This document shows, in pieces, positions 37,400 through 49,547 of a DNA stretch of 64,000 nt. Under the pieces are notes generated by a model. That model searched no databases. It was not told the DNA's origin and saw only the letters and a program-made list of their open reading frames with translations. Position 1 is the first letter of the stretch, and every line of letters begins with the position of its first letter. Origin of the DNA: Stegostoma tigrinum (lineage: Eukaryota); the NCBI RefSeq assembly GCF_030684315.1, contig NC_081390.1, positions 12,958,001 to 13,022,000 on the forward strand. Reading direction: 5' to 3'. The position numbers and the translations under genes were made by a program.

Positions 37400-40300
37400 T
37401 GTTCAATATTGCCCTCAGCAAAATGTTCTCTAAGCTTCTGCTGAGGCTCATTGGAACACTGCAGTGAGGCCTGCAACAGAGACGTTGATGTGGGAACATA
37501 GTGGTGTGTTGAAGTGACAGGCAATTCATGGTTATTTTTGCAGACAGAGTGTAGGTTTTCTGCAAAGCAGCCAACCAATCTCTGTTTCATCACCCAGTGT
37601 AGAGGAGACCACATTGTGCAGGGAGTTCAGGACTGGCAGTTAAACATCCAAGGATTCATAACTTATCGAAGAGACAGGGAGGTGGGCAGAGGGGGCGGGG
37701 TTGCCTTGTTAGTTAAGAATGAAATTAAATCTATGGGACTGAATGACATAGTTTTAGAGGATGTGGAGTGTGTGTGGGTAGAGTTGAGGAACCACAAAGG
37801 CAAAAAAACCATAATGGGAGTTATGTACAGACCTCCTAACAGTGATCAGGACCAGGGGTGCAAGATGCACCGGGAAATAGATAGGGCATGTCAGAAAGGC
37901 AAGGTCACGGTGATCATGGGCAACTTCAATATGCAGGTGGGTTGGGTGAAAAATGTTGCTGATGGATCCAAAGAAAGAATGTTTGCAAGATGTCTTTTTG
38001 GAACAGCTTGTGATGGAGCCCACAAGGGAGCAGGCTATTCTGGACTTAGTGCTATGTAATGAGCCAGACTTTATAAAAGATCTTAAAGTAAGGGAACACT
38101 TAGGAGGCAGCGACCATAATATGGTGGAGTTCAGTCTGCAGTTTGAAAGAGAGAAGGCAAAATCGGATGTAATGATGTCACAGTTAAATAAAGGTAATTA
38201 CAGGGGCATGAGAGAGGAACTGATGAAAATCAACTGGAAGCAGAGCCTAGCGGGGAAGACAGTTGAGCAACAATGGCAGGAGTTTCTGGGTATAATTGAG
38301 GACACAGTACAGAGGCTCATCCGAAAGAAAAGAAAGATTATCTGAGGTGGGATTAGACAGCCATGGCTGACAAAGGAAGTCAGGAAATATATCAAAGAAA
38401 AAGAGACAGTCTATAAAGTGGCCAAGAGCACTGGGAAATCAGAAGATTGGGAAGGCTACCAAAACAAACCGAGGATAACAAAGAGAGAAATAAGGAAGGA
38501 GAAGATCAAATATGAAGGTAGGCTAGCTAGTAATATTAGAAATCACAGTAAAAGCTTCTTTCAATACATAAGAAACAAACAGGAGGCAAAAGTAGATATT
38601 GGGCCGCTCCAAATTGATGCTGGAAGGCTAGTGATGGGAGATAAGGAAATAGCTGAAGAACTTAATAAGAACTTTGCGTCAGTCTTCACAGTGGAAGACA
38701 TGAGGAGTATGCCAACAATTAGGGAGAGTCAGGGGGAAGAGTTGAGTATGGTAGGCATTACAAAAGAGAAAGTGCTAGAAAAGCTAAAAGGTCTAAAAAT
38801 TGATAAATCTTCTGGCCCCAATGGGCTACAGCCTAGAGTTCTGAGGGAGGTGGCTGAGGAAATAGCAGAGGCTTTGGTCGTGATCTTTCAAAAGTCACTG
38901 GAATCAGGGAAAGTCCCAGATGATTGGAAAATTGCTGTTGTAACCCCCTTGTTTAAGAAAGGATCAAGGCAAAAGATGGAAAATGATAGCCCGATTAGCC
39001 TAACCTCGGTTTTTGGTATAATTCTAGATTCCATTGTTAAGGATGAGATTTCTAAATTCCTGGAAGTGCAGGGTCAGATTAGAACAAGTCAGCATGGATT
39101 TAGTAAGGGGAGGTCGTGCCTGACAAACCTGTTAGAATTCTGTGAAGAGGTAACAAGTATGTTAGACCAGGGAAACCCAGTAGATGTTTTCTATCTAGAC
39201 TTCCAAACGGCCTTTGATAAGGTGCCTCACGGGAGGCTGCTGAGGGCCCATGGTGTTCGAGGTGAGCTACTGGCTTGGATTGAGGATTGGCTGTCTGACA
39301 GAAGGCAGAGAGTTGGGATAAAAGGCTCTTTTTTCGGAATGGCAACCGGTGACGAGCGGTGTCCCACAGGATTCAGTGTTGGGGCCACAGCTGTTCACTT
39401 AATATATTAATGATCTGGATGAAGGGACTGGGGGCATTCTGGCGAAGTTTGCCGATGATACAAAGATAGTTGGACAGGCAGGTAGTACTGAGGAGGTGGG
39501 GAGGCTGCAGAAAGATTTAGACAGTTTAGGAGAGTGGTCCAGGAAATGGCTGATGAAATTCAACGTGAGCAAATGTGAGGTTTTGCACTTTGGAAAAAAG
39601 AATACAGGCATGGACTATTTTCTAAAGGGTGGGAAAATTCGTAAAGCTGAAGTACAAAGGGATCTGGGAGTGTTGGTCCAGGATTCTCTAAAAGTTAACT
39701 TGCAGGCAGAGGCCGTGATTAAGAAAGCGAATGTAATGTTGTTGTTTATCTCAAGAGGGTTGGAATATAAAAGCAGTGATGTGCTTCTGAGGCTTTATAA
39801 AGCTCTAGTTAGGCCCCATGTAGAATACTGTGTCCAATTTTGGGTCCCACACCTCAGGAAGGACATATTGGCCCTGGGGCGTGTCCAGCAGAGATTCACA
39901 CGGATGATCCCTGGAATAGTAGGTTTAACGTACGATGAATGGCTAAGGATTCTGGGATTTTATTCATTAGAGTTTAGAAGGTTGAGGGGAGATCTAATAG
40001 AAACTTACAAGATAATGCATGGCTTACAAAGGGTGGACGCTGGAAAGTTGTTCCCGTTAGGTGGGGAAACTAGGACCCATGGGCACAGCCTTAGAATTAG
40101 AGGGGGCAAATTTGAAATGGAAATGAGGAGACATTTCTTCAGCCAGTGAGTGGTGGGATTGTGTAATTCATTACCACGGAGTGCAGTGGAGGCCGGGACG
40201 TTGGATGCCTTCAAGGCAGAGATTGATAAATTCTTGGTCTCACAAGGAATCAAGGGCTATGGGGAGAGTGCAGAGAAGTGCAGTTGAAATGCCCATCAGC

Positions 40301-41325
40301 CATGATTTAAATGGCGGAGTGGACTCGATGGGCCGAGTGGCCTTACTTCCACTCCTATGTCTCATGGTCTTATGGTCTTAAATGAATCCAGTGAATTACA
40401 TTGAGTGAAATGTAGGTAAATTGCTTCTTCACTTGGGAGCTGAGTTCGAGACCTTGAATAACTGAGAAGGGAAGAGGTAAATGGGCAGGTGTTACACCTT
40501 CTGCAATTTCAGCAGAAGTTGCCATTGGGCTGTGTGGTTTGTTGGGAGTGAAGGAGGAGTGGTCTAGGATGTCCTGGAGGGGACATTTCCTTTGGAATGC
40601 TGATAAGGGCGGGCACAGGAAGATGTGTCTGGTCATGGCATCCTGTTAGAGGTGGTGGAAATGGGAGCTTACAACCCTGCTAATTCAGAGGCTAGTGGGG
40701 TGGTAAGTGACAACCGAGGGGACCTTATCATTGTTGTGGGAGGGAAGGGAAGGGAAGGGGTGAGGGAAGAAGAATGGGAGATGTGCTAGACATGGCTAAA
40801 GGGCTTGTTGGCCTTGGTCTTAGGGAATCCTTGGTTGAGGAAAATGGTGGACATTTCAGAGGCCTCCCAGCTGAAACTAGCATCATCAGAATGGATGTGA
40901 CAGAGCCAGAGGAACTGGGAGATTGGGATGCAGTCCCTAGAGGAAGTAAGGTGTGAGTATGTTTCGTCAAGGTAACCATGGAAGTCAGTGGGCTTATAAT
41001 CGATTTTGGTGGCCAGTCTATCCCCATAGATAGAAACAGAGATGTGGAGGAAGGAAAGGGAGGAATCAGAGATAGAGAGCGGGGTGGAGATAGAAAACAA
41101 AATTGAAAACTTTTTCTAGTTCAGAACAAGAGAGTAAACAGCACCAATGGTGTCATTGATATGCCGGAAAAAGAGTTGCAGGTGGGGAAGCAGAAGCAGG
41201 ATTGAAACAAGGACCGTTCCATATACTCTACAAAGAGATAGGCATAAATGGGGCCCATGTGGGTACCCATGGCCACCCCTTCGATCTGAAGAAAGTGGGT
41301 GGGGTTAAAGGGGAAGTTATGGAGT
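37400..41325 (-). mobile_element. Older Neptune-type PLE fragment split by a CR1 insertion (PLE parts ~37400-37618 and ~40379-41325)
   Basis: Both flanks are colinear with 58500-59700 (e.g. CCCAGTGTAGAGGAG..CATTGTG left of the CR1, continuing right); ORF 40786-41100 GDRLATKIDYKPTD..YLD..SH...IPISQFLWL. Confidence 0.8.
37619..40378 (+). mobile_element. CR1-clade LINE (HER1-like), 5'-truncated ORF2 from the endonuclease through RT to the 3' tail; frameshifted
   Basis: QDWQLNIQG..GGGVALLVK, YRPPNS, LGGSDHNMVEF (APE); QHGFSKGRSCLTNL, YLDFQTAFDKVPH, KFADD (RT); 3' end (ATGGTCTT)2. Confidence 0.92.
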
Positions 41326-41770
41326 TATAGAGCCATACAACATAGAAACAGACCCTTCAGTCCAATTTGTCCATGCCAACCAGGTTTCCCAAGCTGAACT
41401 CGTCTCATTTGCCTGTGTTTGGCCCATATTCCTCTAAAACTTTCTTATTCATGTATTTCCAAATGCCTCTTAAATGTTGTAACTGTACCCACATCTACCA
41501 CTTCCTCTGGGCAGCTCATTCCAAATATACACCATCCACTTTGTGAAAAAATTGCCCCTGAGGACCCTTTTAAATATTTCTTTTCTCACCTTAAAAATTT
41601 GCCCCCTAGTTTTGAACTCACATCTCTTAGGGAAAAGGCCTTTGCTCTTCACCTTATAGACACCCCTCATGGTGTTATAAACTTGTATAAACTCACCCCT
41701 CAACCTCCTATGCTCCAGAGAAAGATGTCCTAGCCTATCCAGCCTCTCCTTATAACTCACGCCCTCTATT
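41326..41770 (-). mobile_element. CR1 LINE 3' end
   Basis: SYKERLDRLG.LSLEHRRLRG...WNELP. Confidence 0.85.
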
Positions 41771-42055
41771 TAGAGTTATTTTTATTTCAAAAGTATACTT
41801 TATTCATAAATATATTTTTGTAAATATACATCGCTGTAATTACAGTTTAGTTCTGTACAGTAGCACATCAAACAAACATAGGAGTTTGACTGTATCTAAC
41901 TAGACCAACAGGATCTCTTACACATACAAGATTATATTCAAGCCATTAGGAAGGTCCAATAACTGAACTGACCCTCATTTAACTTCAGCAGAAAGACCTC
42001 AGACTGTGGTCTCTCCAAGCTGCTTCTTGGCAGCAGCTGCCCCAACTTTTGGCAT
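41770..42055 (-). mobile_element. Tx1/L1-type LINE 3' end
   Basis: Minus strand reads ..KLGAAAAKKQLGETTV* (with an indel), followed by AATAAA and an A-rich tail. Confidence 0.5.
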
Positions 42056-42479
42056 GATCAGTTACAGATAGTTTCAGAGATGTGATTACAACCTCTGGAA
42101 CAGTTGGGACTTGAACCTGGTCCTTTGAGCTCAGAGGTAGGGTCTCTACCACTGCACCACATAAGCCCTCAAAGACATACAGCATGCAGTTAACATCATT
42201 CCACCAGTTCTAAACTAAACTGTAATGAAATGTTTTGAAGCCTCCTCTTTTATGCATTGTGTTTAAAAGCTAAATTTAAAAGCTGCGCTGCATAAAATGA
42301 TGACTACTCTTATTATTTTTGTAACGGCATGAAATGGAGCAGGGAATCACAGCTGTTTGCAAATGTCAGAGAGAGAGCAACACTGTTGCATTCACAGTCA
42401 TAATCATTCGGACAGAAAATGTTGTGAAGGGCTGACGAGCCTTCAAAAGCAATACTTCTGGAGAAACTGAAGTGTACCC

Positions 42480-42649
42480 ATGTCAGCAACAGAATCTCTT
42501 TCTGGAGTTGGTCTTGATTCCTCCACCGATAATATAATCCATGATCCAACAACACCTTCTGTAACAGAACTGGAGATGATCCTGGAGGGCAGCAAAGCCC
42601 AGCTTAACCATATCGATGAAGTGTGGCCTAACCTCTACATTGGGGATTT
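42480..42649 (+). CDS. DUSP13/DUSP26/DUSP29-family paralogue (middle gene), coding exon 1
   Basis: In-frame TGA at 42468 precedes ATG 42480; [56 protein letters not shown]; phase-2 donor TT|GTAAGT at 42650. Confidence 0.9.
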
Positions 42650-42855
42650 GTAAGTACACGCAGTCGTCACAGAGATAGTACACTTGGAGCAAACGCCACT
42701 TTGGATAAGTAACTCAGTATAGATTTATTTATTTAACCATATTCATTGGCACTGACAATTGGCTTTAGTACATTGTTTTGGGTGGTTTGCTATATGAGGA
42801 GACATTTGGTGGTAGGTCGGTGTAAAGTCTAAAACCCCCCACAGTTTGTGCAAGG

Positions 42856-43142
42856 ATGGTACAATGGTTAGCACTGCAGCCTCACGGCACCAGTAACCAG
42901 GTTCAATTCCAACCTTGAGCAACTGCCTGTGAGGAGTTTTCACATTCTCCCTGTGTCTGCATGGGTTTGCTCCAGTTCCCTCCCACAGTCCAAAGATGAG
43001 CAGGTTAGGTGAATTGGCTGTGTTAAGTTGCCCCTGGTGTTCAGGGATGTGTAGGCTTTGTAGGTTAGCCATGGGAATAGGTGGAATATTGTTTGGCAGG
43101 ACAGTATAGGCTGAATGGCTGCTCCCATGCTGTAGGGAATCA
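42856..43142 (+). mobile_element. HE1-type SINE
   Basis: GGTTAGCACTGCAGCCTCAC..GGTTCAATTCC head plus core. Confidence 0.8.
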
Positions 43143-44061
43143 ACAACTACAGTTTGTGCTGGAAACAACTTCTGAAATTTATATAATTGTGTGTCCATTA
43201 TTTCCATAGTGAGTAATCTGTGGTAAAAGGAGGGGCAAAGATGTTTTTATTTTTTCTCCAATGATTAATGGTAATCTGAAGGAAGGGTGCTTCTCGTGAG
43301 GACAATGAGGTTTTTGATGTTTTATTCTTTGTGAAATAACAAGGCACTCTTAAGTAACAATGCATCAAAGTGGCCCAGGTGAAAACCAGCATAACTCTCC
43401 AAAGATGTTCGTTAGATCTATCAAAGCTAGCACTTGAATTCTCAATTGTGTATCAGAAAAATAGGACCAGGAGGTGACCATACTGCCTTGGGAGTTTGAT
43501 CCACCATTCAGTCAGATCATAGCTCACTGTCTGAGGTGAGATGAGAACAACTCCCAATATTTTAATCATAATTGCTTCATCAGTGAGATAATCTCAGTCA
43601 GTTAGCTCCTCATGACTGGACCTGAATGTGAGATTCTCCTTCTGTATGCTGTGGACAAACAGTTAAAATGTGAACAGTTGTTTCTATTTGCTGAATTAAC
43701 ACCAAGTTGGAACATAAACATATGCATTTGATGCTAAAAATATTACATTTTTAGTCCACTTTTCATCCTCCATATCTGGAAGATGTGTAAGCAGTCAATT
43801 TTCCAGTAACTCATTGAACAACCAATACCTTGTACAGGAATTTAGACTTTTTGACCCCAGCCTAACCAATGTTCCTCCTAACTAAAACTCTCAAGTCCAG
43901 GCAACATCCTTGTACACTTCTTTCGTTTTCTGTCTCCACTGCAAACACTTCTTTCCATCATACGATGACCAGAAATTCATACTGTCATCTGGCTGTGACC
44001 TCACTCTTGTATGCTGTTAACTTCCAAGCTCTGAGACTCTGGCTAATGAAGCTAATAAAGG

Positions 44062-44560
44062 CCATTTGCCTGGATGGGTTCAGGCCCAACAAAACGAAAC
44101 AAGCTTGCCACCATCCAGGTCAAAGCAGCCTGTTATATTGCCATTACATCAACAAGCATCTACTCCCTCCACCACTAACCCTCAGAAGCAGTAGTGTGCA
44201 CAACCTACAAGATGCACTGCAGAAACTCACCCAAGATTCTCAGACTGCACCTTCCAAACCCATGAACACTTCCACCTAGAAGGACAAGGGCAACAGATAT
44301 AGGGGTAAATCGTCACCTTCAAGCTCCTCTCCAAGCCACTCACCGTCCTAATGTGGAAATATATTGCTGTTCCTTCTCTGTTGCTGGGTCAAAATCCTGG
44401 AATTCTCCCCGCTAATGGCATTATGGGTCACCCCATAGCAGTGGGCTGCAGCGGTTCAAGAAGGCAGTTCACCACCACCTTCTCAAGAGCAACTAGGGAT
44501 GGGCAAGAAATGCTGGTCAGCCAGCGACACCCACATCCTGCACGTGAATAAATAAAAAAA
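44062..44560 (+). mobile_element. LINE 3' fragment (L2/CR1-group) with the same tail as the second SINE family (others ~1110-1620 -, 28232-28600 +, 33545-34090 +, 63800-63945 +)
   Basis: Recurrent AAGATGCACTGCAG..CACCTTCCAAACC..AGAAGGACAAGGGCA..AAGAAGGCAG.TCACCACCACCTTCTCAAG..GGGATGGGCA. Confidence 0.7.
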
Positions 44561-44965
44561 ATGTTATCTTCTGGCCTAGTCACTTTCGAGGATCTGTCTT
44601 TCTACACTTCATCAGTATGCTCTTGTGTGTTCCTTTTCCTTGTTAGCTTGGATTGAATTCCATTTGCCACTGCCTATTGATATTTTCCTGCAGTCTAATA
44701 CTTGCGTCTTCATTACCAACCACACAGTCAATACTGAATCACGTGCAAACTTCTCAGTTTACCCCCTAACATACAGTTCCAAACCAATGGTATATTCCAT
44801 AACAGAACAAGTCTCCTAGTACTGAGCCCTGCGGACATATCACTGACTGAGCTATTGACTAACTCAATGCACACTAGAGACTGTGCCACAGGCTTTCCTA
44901 ATCTTTACAGTAAATAGTATAACATCACATTGTCGTCTTACATGATCATTCTGTTCTCGTTATAG

Positions 44966-45183
44966 AGTGATAGCCCATGACAAAAAACAATTAAAGAAGA
45001 TGGGGATCACCCATGTGTTAAATGCTGCACATTCCAAATGGGGTAGTGTGGGAGATCAAATCTTCTATGGCAAGAAAATAAATTACTTTGGTATAGCAGC
45101 TGATGATTCCCCAGATTTTGACCTGAGTGTATATTTCTACACTGCAGCTGAACAGATACATCAAACACTGAACTCTCCGAATG
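44966..45183 (+). CDS. Middle DUSP paralogue, coding exon 2
   Basis: Acceptor ttatAG|A at 44965; VIAHDKKQLKKMGITHVLNAAHSKWGSVGDQIFYGKKINYFGIAADDSPDFDLSVYF...; donor G|GTAAGG at 45184; 218 nt, same length as gene 1 exon 2. Confidence 0.93.
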
Positions 45184-45402
45184 GTAAGGCATGTTTTGGC
45201 ATTCATTATATTTAAATATACTAAGCCGACAACACCATTATTGGCAAACCTGCTTATTGTATGAAAACACTCCATTAGTGTAGAAGAGGAGGGTGCTATA
45301 TTTTGTAAAATGCTAATCCTTTCATAGTATAAGGCACCACTCTGCCGAAAAGGGACAGTCGTGTGGTGTGTTCCATTGGCACATCATGGACCAGCAAAGA
45401 GG

Positions 45403-46653
45403 TTCCGGATGTGAGTTTGCTCGCTGAGCTGGAAGGTTCGTTTTCAGACGTTTGGTCACCATTCTAGGTAACATCATCTGTGAGCCTCCGATGAAGCGCT
45501 GGTGTTATGTCCCGCTTTCTATTTATCTGTTTAGGTTTCCTTGGGTTGGTGATGTCATTTCCTTCGTTCGTGGTGTCATTTCCTGTTCTTTTTCTCAGAG
45601 GATGGTAGATTGGCTCCAAATCAATACGTTTGTTGATGGAGTTCTGGTTGGAATGCCATGCTTCTAGGAATTTTCGTGCGTGTCTCTGTTTGGCTTGTCC
45701 TAGGATGGATGTGTTGTCCCAATCAAAGTGGTGTCCTTCCTCATCTGTATGTAAGGATACTAGTGATGGTGGGTCATGTCATTTTGTGGCTAATTGATGT
45801 TCATGTATCCTGGTGGCTAGTTTTCTGCCTGTTTGTCCAATGTAGTGTTTGTCACAGTTCTTGCAAGGTATTTTGCAAATGACGTTCGTTTTGCTTGTTA
45901 TCTGTGTATGGTCTTTTAAGTTCATTAGCTGCTGTTTTAGTGTGTTGGTGGGTTTGTGGGCTACCGTGATGCCAAGAGGTCCGAGTAGTCTGGCAGTCAT
46001 TTCGGAAATGTCTTTGATGGAGGGGAGAGTGGTTATGGTTTCTGGGCTGGCTTTGTCTGTTTGTTGGGGTTTGTTGCTGAGAAATCGGCGGACTGTGTTC
46101 ATTAGGTACCCTATACAGACAACAAGCAAAACAAACGTCATTTCCAAAATACCTTGCAAGAGCTGTGACAAACACTACATTGGACAAACAGGCAGAAAGC
46201 TAGCCACTAGGATATATGAATATCAACTAGCCACAAAAAGACATGATCTACTGTCACTAGTATCCTTACATACAGATGAGGAAGGGCACCACTTTGATTG
46301 GGACAACACATCCATCCTAGGACAAGCCAAACAGAGACACGCATGAAAATTCCTAGAAGCATGGCATTCCAACCGGAACTCCACCAACAAATGTATTGAT
46401 CTGGAGCCAGTCTACCATCCTCTGAGAAAAAGAACAGGAAATGACATCATCAACACAGGAAATGACATCGCCAACCCAAGGAAACCTAAACAGATAAATA
46501 GAAAGCGGAACATAACACCAGTGCTTCACCGGAGGCTCACTGATGATGTTACCTAGAATGGTGACGAAACGTCTGAAAACGAACCTTCCAGCTCAGCGAG
46601 CAAACTCACATCCAGAACGTCAACCTGAGCTACAAATCTTCTCAAAACCCGCT
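45403..46653. mobile_element. Fold-back Penelope/Poseidon-type element (two inverted GIY-YIG/pLTR arms) with 13-bp TSD, in intron 2 of the middle DUSP gene
   Basis: NVI.KIPCK.CDKHYIGQTGRKLATRI.E.QLA is encoded on both strands; 45403-45912 is an inverted copy of ~46109-46617; ACCAGCAAAGAGG at 45390-45402 and 46654-46666. Confidence 0.9.
46537..46576 (+). ncRNA. Intact minimal hammerhead ribozyme motif (sense to the DUSP pre-mRNA)
   Basis: TCA-CTGATGA-T-GTTACC-TAGAAT-GGTGAC-GAAA-C-GTC-TGA: all core nucleotides present, helix II GUUACC/GGUGAC, palindromic ACGU in place of helix III, GUC cleavage triplet, 3-bp helix I. Confidence 0.8.
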
Positions 46654-48239
46654 ACCAGCAAAGAGGGGCAGGAAGACCCTGCATCTGCATTTGAAGCTTC
46701 TAATTTTAAGGGGTGGAGACAAAGGAAAGGCTAAATATACAGTTACAATGAGGGAGAGAAAGAGATTAAGCATTAAAGGAAGTCAACTTACATGCGAACA
46801 TTTGAACTAGAAGCAAGAGTAGGCCATTCAGCCCCTCGAGCCTGCTCTGCCATTCAGTAAGGACTTTTGATCTGATTGTAACCCCCTAATCCCATTTTCC
46901 CACCTACCCTGGTAAGCTTTCAGCCCCTTCCTTAACAAGAACCTAGTGATGATTGTACACCTATTCACGACCAGGTACAGCAATGCGTTGAAACATGACA
47001 ACATTTAGTGGGGTCAATAATCATCCTTCATGCAGTGGATTAATTCTAGGACCCAGCAGAAACACACAATATCATAAGAATTATTCTTGAATGCATAGAC
47101 AATACCCACATATGCTAAAGATTAAAACCACAAACCTTTTGCTAAACAGACAGTAATTAGGTTGGAAGAATGCTATGGGCTAATATTACTGATTGATATT
47201 TTAATTTGAGGCAGAGAGTGGCATGTGGTATTGTCATTGTTTTAGTAATTGAGAGACATAGACTAGTGGTCTGAGGACATAGCAGCTATAGAATTTAAAT
47301 TCAAGTAATAATTCTGAAATTGACAGCAACCTGCAGTGATGTTAACTGTGAAACTATTATTGACTGTTGCAAAAGCTATGTCGTTCACTAATGTTCTTTA
47401 GAAAAGGAAATCTACTATCCTCACCTTGTCTGGCCAACACATGACTGTAGATCCACAGTAAATGTGCTTGACTCTTAATTAACCTCTGATTAAGCTGAGT
47501 AAATCACTCAGTTCAAGGACAATCACAGAGAGGCTGGTTTGCCAGTAACACATGTTAGAGTAAATGTTACAAAAGCCTTCACAGCATTCTTAGCTTGGCC
47601 GAGTGTCAATGCTCCCCCCCAATGTTGTGTGACCATTCAGCTTGAATGTTCCTACTCAGGCCACTTACCAGTTATTGCCTGCGCAAAAATAAATTAAACA
47701 GACCAGAAGCACATTCGGAAAGAAGTGAGAGGCCAAAGTGCACAGCATTTGTATTAATTGACAGCTGCACCAGACACAGTCTCTACTGGAATTTTTGCAT
47801 TTTGTTTTGGCAACTCACCACCAAATGAACTAATTAAAATAACTAAACATGTAACAACAAATAATCACTGCCCTCCAGGGGCTGCCTAAGTCAGTTATTA
47901 ATATTTTTAAGCAAGCTACTCAGAATCAAAGTGATACATCAAGTGTTGCTGGTATTTGCACCAAGATTTGCTGCACTGGAGATATGGACACTACCACTAC
48001 GGCTCAAAAGCTCATCCTTAGGCAGCTGTTCATTTCTTTTGTATTGGCATCAAGACTTTATAACCAATAAAGATCAAAGACAAATTAAACGCCAAATTTT
48101 AATATCCCTGTGATTATGCATCAACCTCGGTATTCACCCAAGATTTTGGAAAAGGTAGTTAAATTAGCACAAAACAGAGAAAGGCTAGACTAATGTAAAT
48201 AGAGTCAGAGGCATTTTATTTACTCTGGCTAATAATTCA

Positions 48240-48750
48240 ACCTTTATTTAAGGAAGGATGCTAAAGCTGTGGAGAGGGTGCAAAGGAGATTTACAAGAAT
48301 GATGTCAGGAATGAGGGATTTTAGATACAAGGAAAGATTAGAGAAATTGGGCTTAGTCTTCTTGGAGCAGAGAAGATTAAGAGATGACGTTATTGAGGTG
48401 CTCAAAATGATGAACAATTTTGACAGGGGAAAGAAGGATATTCTGTTTCTACCAGTTGGTATGTCAGCAACTAGAGATCACAACTTCAAGCCTGTCAGCC
48501 AGAGAGCTAGGAATGAGAGGAGGAGAAACCTCCTTTAATCAGAGAGTTGTCAGGATTTGGAATGTGCTGCCCGGGAGCACGGTGGAGGCGGATTCTTAGA
48601 AGTTTCATAAGAGAGCTGGATACATATTTGAAAGTGAAGAATTTAGAAGCTACACAGACAGGGCTGAAGAATAGGATTAGCTTGGTAGTGTTTTCTGGAG
48701 CTGGCGCAGACATGATGGGCCAAATGGCCTGCTCTGGTACTGTAAAATTT
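48240..48750 (+). mobile_element. CR1 LINE 3' end
   Basis: ERVQRRFTRM..YKERLEKLGL..LEQRRLR. Confidence 0.85.
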
Positions 48751-49320
48751 GATGCTTCTAGTTCCCTGAAGATAATTCAGTAGTGATATTATCTGTTTAA
48801 ACAAAACTATTTGTTAATAAGCGAATAATAAGACAGTCACAATGTCACCTGGGTAGAGTTTCTGTCTCTCTTTTTCTGACACAGGGGCATTGCTCTCTAA
48901 TGTCCACAGGTTTCTGTTCCCTCACCCACTGTCTGGATGTGAGGTTCACAGAGGGGTCAGCAGGTTGATCCTCTAGGAAGTTGATCTACTTCAGCCAAAC
49001 CCTAATCCTGACGTCATGTCAACTCATGTCAATTTTTCAGCATGTGATTTTGGACAGTAACCGACATCAAAAACCCTCCACTGACCTTTCCCCTCCAAAG
49101 CCCTGGTGTAATATGGGTAGGTATTACCACCTTGATGAAAATCAGCCAATGCTGCACGAGTTGGGCCTTCCCAGTTGAGTCTAGCTTGGTGCCAGGCTCT
49201 TCTTCACACTGTCACTGGGAAGCCCAGTCTTTTCCCATGTTTGGAATGTAAAATGAAGCAATTCTGGGATGGCCTGTCACTAACAATCCAAACACTCAGG
49301 TGTTATCTCTTTCTCTGCAG

Positions 49321-49547
49321 TGAAGCTCCTGGTGCATTGCATTCTTGGGATGAGCAGATCAGCCTCCCTGGTACTGGCATACCTTATGATTCATCACAAC
49401 CGCTCTCTGCTCGATGCAGTAAACCGGCTCATTTTATACAGGCCTGTTTCACCCAACCGGGGTTTTCTGGAACAATTACGCAAATTAGACATAAAGCTAA
49501 ATGAAGAGAAGAAACTACAGTCCATCAAAGGTGCCTCATATTGCTGA
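49321..49547 (+). CDS. Middle DUSP paralogue, coding exon 3 (catalytic motif, stop)
   Basis: Acceptor tctctgcAG at 49320; KLLVHCILGMSRSASLVLAYLMIHH...PNRGFLEQLRKLD...GASYC*. Spliced CDS 170+218+227=615 nt, 204 aa. AATAAA at 49706 and 50025. Confidence 0.93.

Noticed and set aside
38418-40149. Long ORFs (330 and 217 aa) as host genes or an active LINE
   Set aside because: CR1 ORF2 pieces broken by stops and frameshifts, and 5'-truncated.
49533-49547. C-terminal Cys as a prenylation signal
   Set aside because: ASYC-stop is not CaaX, CC or CxC.
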